A stretch of DNA of 64,000 nt from Candidatus Parcubacteria bacterium. Its GTDB lineage: Bacteria > Patescibacteriota > Minisyncoccia > JACPXH01. Below, piece by piece: positions 47,632 to 55,286 of the stretch. The notes under the pieces were generated by a model that saw nothing but the letters and a program-made list of their open reading frames with translations, was not told the origin of the DNA and searched no databases. Position 1 is the first letter of the stretch. Each line of letters opens with the position of its first letter. The stretch lies in the NCBI GenBank assembly GCA_016196625.1, contig JACPXH010000024.1, positions 1,206 to 65,205 on the forward strand, given 5' to 3'. The position numbers were made by a program, and so were the translations under genes.

Positions 47632-47921
47632 GGCTTCCCTCCGTGGCTATGGGGTTATGGGAAAGGACTTTCCGCTTCGTTTGGCGTACCCCGGTGCGAC
47701 AACTTCGATTGTGCCCAGCGGGCACCCCGATTTCCCTTACTTAGGCTAAGCTAAAGCATTTTTACGGCAATACCAGTGTTTTTAATCCCAGCAATCGGCG
47801 TCTCCATCGAGAGAGTTGTAGCACCGGGTACGGTAACAGGATTTCGGATAGCGCGCAAGCCCACTGTTTCGTCAAGGCTTCGCAGTGCAAGTACATCGAA
47901 ATACAGCAGCCATGCAGCCGG

Positions 47922-50900
47922 TTATCGCCTTCGCGTCCGTACAGTCCGAATCGGCGCTGCTTCGAGATCAAGAATCGCATCGCGCAGTTTTGCCGCTTCT
48001 TCAAACCGCCAGTGCCGGACTGTCTCGGCGAGTGCTTGCTTGAGTTGTTTCACCGCAGCTTCACGGTTCTTCGCGTGTTCGGGGTGGCTGCGGATGAGGC
48101 TAACCGTACGTTCAATCACGCGCTCGGCTGCGGTTTCTTTTTCTTCTTCGCGCTTGCGCTGGACGATCAACTCGCGGATTTCTTTATCGATGGATTTGGG
48201 TGTGATGCCGTGTTTTTGGTTATACGCTTCCTGAACCGCGCGTCGGCGCTCGGTCTCCTCAATTGCGGCTTTCATGGACTTGGTAATGCGATCCGCGTAC
48301 AAAATTGTAGTTCCTTCGACGTGCCGCGCCGCCCGGCCCATGGTTTGGATGAGCGTGGTCGTATTACGCAAAAATCCTTCTTTGTCCGCATCTAAAATTG
48401 CCACGAGCGACACCTCGGGAAGGTCCAATCCCTCGCGGAGTAAATTGATGCCGACCAGCACGTCGTATGCGCCAAGCCGAAGGTCGCGCAGGATTTCGGG
48501 CCGGACCAGCGTGTGCAGGTCAGAGTGGAGATACTGCGCTTTGACGCCCTGCTCGGCGAGGTAGTCAGATAATTCCTCCGCCAAGCGTTTGGTCAGCGTG
48601 GTTACGAGCACGCGCTGTTTGTTTGCCACTCGTTTTTTAATCTCGGAAATTACGTCCGCTACCTGATTTTTTGCGGGCCGCACGTCAACAATCGGGTCAA
48701 GCAGGCCCGTGGGTCGCACGAGCTGTTCGGCAACACGATCTGCCGATTGGTTGAGTTCGTAGGCAGCCGGCGTTGCTGACACGTAGACGGTTTGGCTTAC
48801 CTTCGCACGAAATTCGTCAAACATGAGCGGTCGGTTGTCCACCGCAGAGGGGAGTCGAAATCCGTGTTCTACGAGCACGGTCTTTCGAGATTTGTCGCCC
48901 GCATACATGCCGCGGATTTGCGGGATCGCGAGGTGGGATTCGTCAATGAATACCAAAAATCCATGCGGCGTTCTACCAGTTGCGGCGCGAAAATAGTCGA
49001 GAAGTGTTGAAGGCGGCGAGCCGGCAGGCCGAAAATCAAGGTGGCGCGAATAGTTTTCAACGCCAGAACAGTAGCCCGTCTGCTCCAACATTTCGAGATC
49101 ATACGTGGTGCGTTGTTCGAGGCGCTCCGCTTCAAGGAGCTTACCAGAAGCGTTGAGCGCGTGGAGCCGTTCGCGTAGTTCTGCGCGGATATTGGCAATG
49201 GCGAGGGTGAGTTTGTCCTGCGGGGTTACGAAATGTTTGGCCGGGAATACTTTGACCTCGTTCAGTTTCGTGCCGGCCGCATTTGCTTTGGCGATTCCGG
49301 CGTCAAAACGGCGGATGGTTTCAAGTGCGTCCCCAAACCACTCCAGTTTCAAAAACCATCCTCCTTGCGGCGGATAGATTTCGAGCGTGTCTCCGGCCAC
49401 GCGGTACTGTCCCGGCAGGGGATCGAGGTCGTTTCTCTCGTATTGCAGGAGTGCCAGATGTTTTAACACCTGCCGCAGTTTCGTAGGCTGGCCGGTTGAA
49501 AGCGTCAAGCTAATTTTTTCGTATTCTTCCGGATTGCCGATGCCGTAGATGCAGGAAACCGAAGCCACCACGATCACGTCTGGCCGCGAGAGCACGTCAG
49601 CGGTTGCCGCGTGCCGCAAGCGGTCAATTTCTTCGTTGATTTTGGCGTCCTTTTGGATGTACGTGTCGGTCTGCGGGATGTACGCTTCGGGCTGGTAGTA
49701 GTCGTAGTAGGAGACGAAGTAATGGATCGCGTTTTCCGGAAAGAACTCACGGAACTCTTGGTACAATTGCGCGGCGAGGGTTTTGTTCGGGGCGATCACG
49801 AGCGCTGGCCGATTTGCGCGCGCAATCACGTTCGCCATGGTGAAGGTATTGTGGACAAAGATGCCGCCCGTTCCCGCAAAAAATGTTTCGTTGTCTTGCA
49901 CCGCTAAGTCGTACACGTACTCTGCGGCATTGGTTTTCTCGATCGTTTGTATTGGCGTCCAGAAGAGCTGGAGGAGGCTAGCGCAGACCTCAACTTCTTG
50001 TACCATATTAGCTCGACGACGTGTTGCCGCGTATTCTCGTAGGTTCCCGAGAAGTCTCTCAAACACTTCTCGTGAGGGCAGACGATGGCCATGTTCGATA
50101 AGCGAGATGAGCGACCGTGAGACACCGGCGGCGTGCGCGATATCGCGTTGTCGCAACGCAAGCTCCGTTCGAATCTTTTTTAGCCACGCACCATCGATCG
50201 GGACCACGTCAACATTGGTGTTGTACGGTTTGCGAACAAGTAGGTCGAGCCCCCGTTGCTTTTTAGCTATCACAAAACCTATACGTTCTTTGAATGCTCG
50301 CAAGAACTTTTGCCCGGAGATGCGAACTGTCCGGTATTCGCGTCGTTCATTGCTAGCTGGCAATTTCATGTACCGCGTGCGTACTCTCGTTACGATTCCG
50401 AACCGGAGCAGCGCATACGCGAGGTCAGAAGCGAGTTGAGCGCTTGCCGTCATGCATGTTACTTCGCTCCCATCCACGCCTCCATCAGTAGAGAAGTAGG
50501 CGCGGAGAATGTCTGCTAAACGAACATTGGAGAGTTGCGGCCAGAATTTTGGGAGCCGTTTGGTCTGCGCATTACGGCCGCAGTTATGCGCAAGTAGCTC
50601 CCTCCAAAATGTTGAAGAGATTTGATAGTCGTAGGTGTGTGGTCGTCTGGTCCACCTTAGGCCTAGTTGGTGGAGGGTCTGGGTAAAATCGGTGATGATT
50701 TCTGGGTCAGCTGACGAAATGACGAAGTATTTGTCTGCCGCGTGTCCTTCCGCGATGTAGTAGCCAATAAAACGGCAGAAGTCATCGGTGAGCGGTTGGC
50801 GGAGAGGAGCTTGGTAATCTCGACCGTAGACTCCGACGGTAGCACCGTGGCGGAGATCTGGGATTACGGCAGCGAGTCGCTGGTATAGTTCAAAAGATGA

Positions 50901-51605
50901 TCGTTCGTCGTGCTGGAGAAGGTTATGAATTTTCGTCGGCGTGAGCAGAGGTCTAAGCAACGATTCTTGCGTTGTCCATACGTTAGCAAAGCGAGGCATT
51001 GCTACATAGAGTTTCCGCTGTTTAGGGAGACATTCGGTGAGTTCAAGAGCTGTGAGTGGTTCGGGGGGCTCATCGAGCCGCAGGGGGACAGGGACGTAAT
51101 CAGCTGTGGTAAGCGCCTCAGTTTTTCTTAGGCATAGGACGCCGCGGCGCAACACAAAAAAGTTGTGGTCGCCCGTAACCGTTATGTGCCGACCGCATCT
51201 TGTGCGTACGGTATACAGACGAGCAGGAGATCGATGTCGGATGAACTGCACAATTGGTTTCCATCCTGCGCGTTTCGTGACCGGATCAAAACTATACGCT
51301 TCGTACCGATGGCCTTTATCGAGGTCGCGGGCGTCAATGATTTCGGTGTCCCCCGTATGTCGCTTTTTCTCGGGGAAACTGTCGAATAGTTGATCAATAA
51401 GTTCGCCAATGCCTTCGAGTGTTACGTCGCCGCCGCGCTTTATGAGGACAGGGGTTTCTTTCGTTAGGCTTTTGCCCGATCCGGTTACGCCCACGAGCGT
51501 TTGATCGCGCACGCCCGCAACAACGCCTCTTGTCAGGGCGTCTATTGCTTGTGGCTGATCTCCGGTGGGGGAGAATTTGCTCGAGAGCTTGAATGCTTGA
51601 CTCAT
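47922..51605 (-). CDS. uvrB: Excinuclease ABC subunit B, interrupted by a 541-aa intein; 1227-aa precursor.
   Basis: Exteins: N-terminal ...LVGVTGSGK | intein | TFTMANVIARANRPALVIAPNKTLAAQLYQEF..., then helicase motifs, UVR domain and a C-terminal coiled coil. Confidence 0.9.
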   Translation of the reverse strand: MSQAFKLSSKFSPTGDQPQAIDALTRGVVAGVRDQTLVGVTGSGKSLTKETPVLIKRGGDVTLEGIGELIDQLFDSFPEKKRHTGDTEIIDARDLDKGHRYEAYSFDPVTKRAGWKPIVQFIRHRSPARLYTVRTRCGRHITVTGDHNFFVLRRGVLCLRKTEALTTADYVPVPLRLDEPPEPLTALELTECLPKQRKLYVAMPRFANVWTTQESLLRPLLTPTKIHNLLQHDERSSFELYQRLAAVIPDLRHGATVGVYGRDYQAPLRQPLTDDFCRFIGYYIAEGHAADKYFVISSADPEIITDFTQTLHQLGLRWTRRPHTYDYQISSTFWRELLAHNCGRNAQTKRLPKFWPQLSNVRLADILRAYFSTDGGVDGSEVTCMTASAQLASDLAYALLRFGIVTRVRTRYMKLPASNERREYRTVRISGQKFLRAFKERIGFVIAKKQRGLDLLVRKPYNTNVDVVPIDGAWLKKIRTELALRQRDIAHAAGVSRSLISLIEHGHRLPSREVFERLLGNLREYAATRRRANMVQEVEVCASLLQLFWTPIQTIEKTNAAEYVYDLAVQDNETFFAGTGGIFVHNTFTMANVIARANRPALVIAPNKTLAAQLYQEFREFFPENAIHYFVSYYDYYQPEAYIPQTDTYIQKDAKINEEIDRLRHAATADVLSRPDVIVVASVSCIYGIGNPEEYEKISLTLSTGQPTKLRQVLKHLALLQYERNDLDPLPGQYRVAGDTLEIYPPQGGWFLKLEWFGDALETIRRFDAGIAKANAAGTKLNEVKVFPAKHFVTPQDKLTLAIANIRAELRERLHALNASGKLLEAERLEQRTTYDLEMLEQTGYCSGVENYSRHLDFRPAGSPPSTLLDYFRAATGRTPHGFLVFIDESHLAIPQIRGMYAGDKSRKTVLVEHGFRLPSAVDNRPLMFDEFRAKVSQTVYVSATPAAYELNQSADRVAEQLVRPTGLLDPIVDVRPAKNQVADVISEIKKRVANKQRVLVTTLTKRLAEELSDYLAEQGVKAQYLHSDLHTLVRPEILRDLRLGAYDVLVGINLLREGLDLPEVSLVAILDADKEGFLRNTTTLIQTMGRAARHVEGTTILYADRITKSMKAAIEETERRRAVQEAYNQKHGITPKSIDKEIRELIVQRKREEEKETAAERVIERTVSLIRSHPEHAKNREAAVKQLKQALAETVRHWRFEEAAKLRDAILDLEAAPIRTVRTRRR
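49848..51470 (-). mobile_element. Intein (541 aa) inserted in the UvrB Walker A motif (GSGK/TFT). It begins with Ser and ends ...FVHN before +1 Thr. It contains LAGLIDADG-type homing-endonuclease blocks (FIGYYIAEGHA, YFSTDGGVDG) and an Xre-type HTH (LRQRDIAHAAGVSRSLISLIEHGH).
   Basis: Boundaries computed from extein alignment logic and ORF coordinates. Confidence 0.75.
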
Positions 51606-51689
51606 AACCTACTTTGTGATACAGATTCTACCCGCTGATTGCCGCTGTCACAAACCGCTTCCAGACTTAATTTGGGAGCAAAGAGGAGG

Positions 51690-51944
51690 ATGTGTACCTT
51701 GAAAATCCGGATGGGGCGATACAGGGATAAGCCGGACGTTGACTGGTCTCGATACGCCAAGAAGTCTGGCACTGGCGAGGACTCCGATGGGCTCTCTCCG
51801 AGCAGAGCAGCCAACAGTACCGAGGGTCGATGGCATTACCATGCATGGGTAGAAGAAGGAACTGCCGAGGAGGAGGAATGCTACCATCTAATTCCGGCTA
51901 ATTCCGGGGGGCGAATACACGCAAGGAACGGTGTGTCATCCTGA
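51690..51944 (+). CDS. Candidate small protein (about 81-84 aa; ...RWHYHAWVEEGTAEEEECYHLIPANSGG...). AGAGGAGG abuts the ATG, so an in-frame TTG at 51699 may be the real start.
   Basis: ORF track (51639 TTG start); low-GC region, by eye. Confidence 0.25.
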   Translation: MCTLKIRMGRYRDKPDVDWSRYAKKSGTGEDSDGLSPSRAANSTEGRWHYHAWVEEGTAEEEECYHLIPANSGGRIHARNGVSS

Positions 51945-52245
51945 CGTGCACGACGTCGAGATCGCCTCGGAGGCAGTCGAAGTTCCTGAGGCCATCGTGA
52001 AAATGGTCGAAGCCCTGGAGTCATTCTATGACGAGTTGGTCCCGGAGCACGAGAACGATCCCCGCGACGTTTTCGTTGACGGTCTGAAGCGGGCATTGCT
52101 CCAGGCCTACGCCATGGGCGCTCAAGACAGTGCGCCGATGTACTTCAAGCCTCGTTTCGAACACGTGGAGCAAGACGAAGGTTATGGGTTTTTTTCGAGA
52201 GAGCACAGACTCGCTCCGCTCTTCGCCAAAAAGACGGCGCGCTAG
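51931..52245 (+). CDS. Candidate small acidic protein (104 aa from a GTG; alternative ATG at 52003).
   Basis: ORF track; followed by a clear terminator. Confidence 0.3.
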   Translation: MCHPDVHDVEIASEAVEVPEAIVKMVEALESFYDELVPEHENDPRDVFVDGLKRALLQAYAMGAQDSAPMYFKPRFEHVEQDEGYGFFSREHRLAPLFAKKTAR

Positions 52246-52282
52246 TCCCGAATGGTACGGCGGGGCCCACCACCGCTCGCAA

Positions 52283-52320
52283 CCGCCGGAGTCGCAACTC
52301 CGGCGGTTTCTCTTTTCTTG
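52283..52320 (+). terminator. Rho-independent terminator (CCGCCGGAG-TCGCAA-CTCCGGCGG followed by TTTCTCTTTTCTTG).
   Basis: 9-bp stem plus a long T-run. Confidence 0.6.
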
Positions 52321-52422
52321 ACCCCGTTAGAAAACAAGACTTTGTTTTATCGGGAATGGGAACTCTCTTCAGTAGACTGACGGATCGAAGAAAGCACGGC
52401 CAACGAGTTTTCTAACGGGGTT
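52320..52422. mobile_element. MITE-like TIR element, copy 3.
   Basis: GACCCCGTTAGAAAACAAGACTTTGTTTTATCG...CAACGAGTTTTCTAACGGGGTTG; about 85-90% identical to copy 2. Confidence 0.6.
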
Positions 52423-52455
52423 GAAAAAAGAGCCAGTTCGCGCCATGATGAGGCG

Positions 52456-53037
52456 ATGATCGGTTTTGTTGAAGGCACGGTGGCCGGCCGCGAGGATTCG
52501 GCTCTACTGCTTCAAGTGGGCGGCATTGGTCTGCGGCTCCTTGTGGGGCCGGAGAGCTTGGCGAAGATACCACAAAATGGTACCAGAATAAAGGTTTGGA
52601 CGCACCTTGCGGTGAGCCAGTTTTCGTGGACGCTCTACGGGTTTTTGACCGTTGAATCATACGAACTTTTTCAACTGTTTCTTGAAGTGCCCGGATTCGG
52701 ACCGCGCCGGGTGCTTGGCATGGTGGATGGCGCGGATCCGGCCAAAGCGCGCGCAGCCATTGAAGCAGAAGACAACGAAGAATTGGCACGGATTTGCGGC
52801 ATCTCGGTTACTACGGCAGAAAAGCTTGTGGTGGGACTTCGTCGGGTTCGGAAACCCGCTGGCAAAAAATCTCCAAAAACTGCGAACGCCGCGGTTAATT
52901 CTGATCAGCGTATGGTTGAGGAAGCGCTCGTTTCTTTGGGCTACGGCAAAACCGAAGCGCGCGAAGCTGCGGCAGCTTCGTCTGGCGTGAGCGTGGAAGC
53001 GTGGGTGCGGGCGGCGCTAAGGCGAGCAAAGAAATAA
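52456..53037 (+). CDS. ruvA: Holliday junction DNA helicase subunit RuvA.
   Basis: N-terminus MIGFVEGTVAG..., HhH motifs, C-terminal domain III. Confidence 0.85.
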   Translation: MIGFVEGTVAGREDSALLLQVGGIGLRLLVGPESLAKIPQNGTRIKVWTHLAVSQFSWTLYGFLTVESYELFQLFLEVPGFGPRRVLGMVDGADPAKARAAIEAEDNEELARICGISVTTAEKLVVGLRRVRKPAGKKSPKTANAAVNSDQRMVEEALVSLGYGKTEAREAAAASSGVSVEAWVRAALRRAKK

Positions 53038-53145
53038 AACTCTTGAAGCAGCATGTCGAAGTTGCGGAAAACAAGCCGGCCGCCGCACTCCCTCAGCGAT
53101 CATTCGCTCGTCCAGCGACTCGCTCACTCTGTCCTCGCTAGCCGA

Positions 53146-53285
53146 GCCGCCGCAGTCGCGTCGCGCGGCGTCGCGCAGGCCGAGCGGGCAGGGTCTCCGC
53201 CAGCAGGCGGAGGAGCGAGGCCGAGCGAGAGTGCGGCCTGCTCGCTGGGCGGGCCGACACGTCCGTGCGACGCGACTGCGGCGGC
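53146..53285. repeat. GC-rich nested-hairpin element downstream of ruvA. A 19-bp perfect inverted repeat (GCCGCCGCAGTCGCGTCGC at 53146-53164 and its complement at 53267-53285) encloses inner hairpins CTCCGCC-AGCA-GGCGGAG (53195-53212) and AGGCCG...CGGCCT (53218-53239). Contains the AGGCCGAGCGGGCA core.
   Basis: Read directly. Related to the element at 62585-62722. Confidence 0.5.
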
Positions 53286-53377
53286 TACCATGCCGGCTAG
53301 CTGCGGATGTCGCTTCGGGAGTGTGGCGGCCGGCCATACTTCCTGACGAGGATTACGCGTGAAGCGGAAGTCTAAGT

Positions 53378-53998
53378 ATGGCTACCTTACTCCTTATTAT
53401 CTCGCGGCTCGGCCTTGCCTCCCTTATTGGCTTTGAGGGTTTGAACTGGATCGGCGTGCTTGATTTCACGCTCGATTTCAGCTGGCTTGGGCTCATCGTG
53501 ACGGCGGTGGCCGTGGTTGCGTTTTTGGAGGGCGCTGCGTTTTTACTCAAGCGCACAACCGGCCGCGGCCTGCATCCGGTGGCCTACTTTGCCGGAGCGG
53601 CAGGGCTGGCGTTTGACGCCATCGGCGACATAGCCCACCTTTACGGTCGTTTCGCCTGGTACGATCAAGTCGCGCATTTCCTCGGCGGGGCGGTGGTGGG
53701 GATTGTGGCGTTTAACGTGCTTTGGCAGCTTGAGCAGGCTGGGCGAATGCGGCTCGGTGCGGGGTGGCGGAGTCTATTCGTCGTTTCGATCGGAGCGTTC
53801 TTCGGCAGTTTGTATGAGATAGAGGAGTACCTTGAAGACCTTTGGAAGTGGCACCGGCAGGTGCGCTTGGGCGATGGGCCGGATACGGCAAACGACCTCT
53901 TGTTTAATATCGTCGGGGCCATCGCGGTGGTGGCGGCCGTCGTTCTCTGGCAGCGGCTACGGGCGCGGAGTTCGGCACGAGAATATGTCCCTGATTGA
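53378..53998 (+). CDS. Hypothetical polytopic membrane protein (206 aa).
   Basis: ORF track; about 5 TM helices. Confidence 0.45.
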   Translation: MATLLLIISRLGLASLIGFEGLNWIGVLDFTLDFSWLGLIVTAVAVVAFLEGAAFLLKRTTGRGLHPVAYFAGAAGLAFDAIGDIAHLYGRFAWYDQVAHFLGGAVVGIVAFNVLWQLEQAGRMRLGAGWRSLFVVSIGAFFGSLYEIEEYLEDLWKWHRQVRLGDGPDTANDLLFNIVGAIAVVAAVVLWQRLRARSSAREYVPD

Positions 53999-55097
53999 TC
54001 CCACAGCGTGGAACGGAGCGATCCTCGGGCACCCGGATGGTTCTTTCTTGCAGTCGTACGAGTGGGGTGAGTTTCAGCAAGCGTACGGCCGTCCGGTCTT
54101 TCGTTTTGCCTTGGCCTCTGGCGCGCGCGTACAGGCCGTGTGCATGCCGCTCCCGTTCGGGTTTTCGTATGCGGGCGTGAGCCGTGGGCCGGTGGGGGAG
54201 GTGAGACCGGTTGAGTTGAGGCTCGGCCTTGCCCAACTGACTGCCTTGCCGTCCTTGGTCTTTGTGCGCTTCGAGCCGTCTTGGTCCTCAGAGCGGAGAC
54301 ACGAATTTGCCGCCGCCGGTTTCTTGAGAACAGTGCCGACGCAGCCGGAGATGACGTGGGTAGTTGATCTGGGTGTATCCGAGCACGATGTGCTTAGCGG
54401 CATGCATCCAAAAACTCGTTACAACATTCGCTTGGCACAGCGGCACGGCGTAGAGATTATTGAGACGGGTGCGGCCGGATTTAAAGTGTTTCGTGATCTG
54501 CTCCGGCAAACAGGAGAGCGCGAAGGTTTTCGCACGCACGATCCGCGCTACTACGAACTTATGGCCGAACACCTTCTTGTCGAAGCTCCCAGGCCGCCCT
54601 TTGTCAAGCCGCAGGCGCGAATCTTTTGCGCGCAGTATCGCGGCGACGTGCTGGCCGTTGCGTTTATCCTCTTTTTTGGGCAGGAAGCAGTGTACCTGCA
54701 TGGCGGCTCGGCTGCGCAGTACCGCGACGTGATGGCGCCACATCTGCTGCATTGGGAAATCATTCGGCGCGCCAAAGCGCTTGGGTGCACCAGGTATAAT
54801 CTGTGGGGCATCGCCCCGCGAAGCGGGGCGATGGCTAGTCCGCATGACCAAGCCCGAAGGGCTTCAAGCGGGGCGATGGCTAGCGCTTGGCGCCAAGCCC
54901 GAAGGGCTTCCAGCGACGCAATGTATCCATGGCAAAGCGAGCAGATGAAGCAGTGGGCCGGCTTTACCCGTTTCAAACAGAGTTTCGGCGGCCGACCGGT
55001 CGAGTACATGGGGGCGTGGGACTTGCCGGTGCGGTCTACGTGGTACCGTCTCTACCAGTTGGCGAGACGTATTCGAAGGCAGGCTGTCTTCTTTTAG
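53985..55097 (+). CDS. FemAB-family peptidoglycan peptide-bridge aminoacyltransferase (lipid II amino-acid transferase-like). It contains an in-frame 45-bp tandem duplication.
   Basis: N-terminus MSLIDPTAWNGAILGHPDGSFLQSYEWGEFQ typical of FemABX; start set at the internal ATG 53985. Confidence 0.55.
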   Translation: MSLIDPTAWNGAILGHPDGSFLQSYEWGEFQQAYGRPVFRFALASGARVQAVCMPLPFGFSYAGVSRGPVGEVRPVELRLGLAQLTALPSLVFVRFEPSWSSERRHEFAAAGFLRTVPTQPEMTWVVDLGVSEHDVLSGMHPKTRYNIRLAQRHGVEIIETGAAGFKVFRDLLRQTGEREGFRTHDPRYYELMAEHLLVEAPRPPFVKPQARIFCAQYRGDVLAVAFILFFGQEAVYLHGGSAAQYRDVMAPHLLHWEIIRRAKALGCTRYNLWGIAPRSGAMASPHDQARRASSGAMASAWRQARRASSDAMYPWQSEQMKQWAGFTRFKQSFGGRPVEYMGAWDLPVRSTWYRLYQLARRIRRQAVFF

Positions 55098-55170
55098 GCA
55101 GCAATCCAGATGGCAAAATCCAAAGCGTTTTGATATTGGAGTTTTAGATTTGTTTTGGCATTTGAGCTTC
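55098..55170. repeat. Heptamer-array repeat, copy D (the inverted counterpart of copy C), abutting TIR copy 4.
   Basis: ATCCAGA TGGCAAA ATCCAAA GCG, then TTTTGAT ATTGGAG TTTTAGA TTTGTTT TGGCATT TGAGCTT. Confidence 0.55.
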
Positions 55171-55273
55171 GACCCCGTTAGAAAACTCGTTGGCCGTACT
55201 TTCTCCGGCCCGTCAGTCTACTAAAGAGCTCTTGCTTTCGATGAGACAAAATCTTGTTTTCTAACGGGGTTGA
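55171..55273. mobile_element. MITE-like TIR element, copy 4, in reverse orientation relative to copy 2.
   Basis: Its reverse complement is nearly identical to 40431-40534. Confidence 0.6.
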
Positions 55274-55286
55274 CATTTGAAATTCT

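Noticed and set aside
53053-53346. 97-aa ORF over the GC-rich nested-hairpin element.
   Set aside because: The sequence is dominated by perfect inverted repeats. The low-complexity Ala/Arg/Ser translation is typical of spurious GC-rich ORFs.
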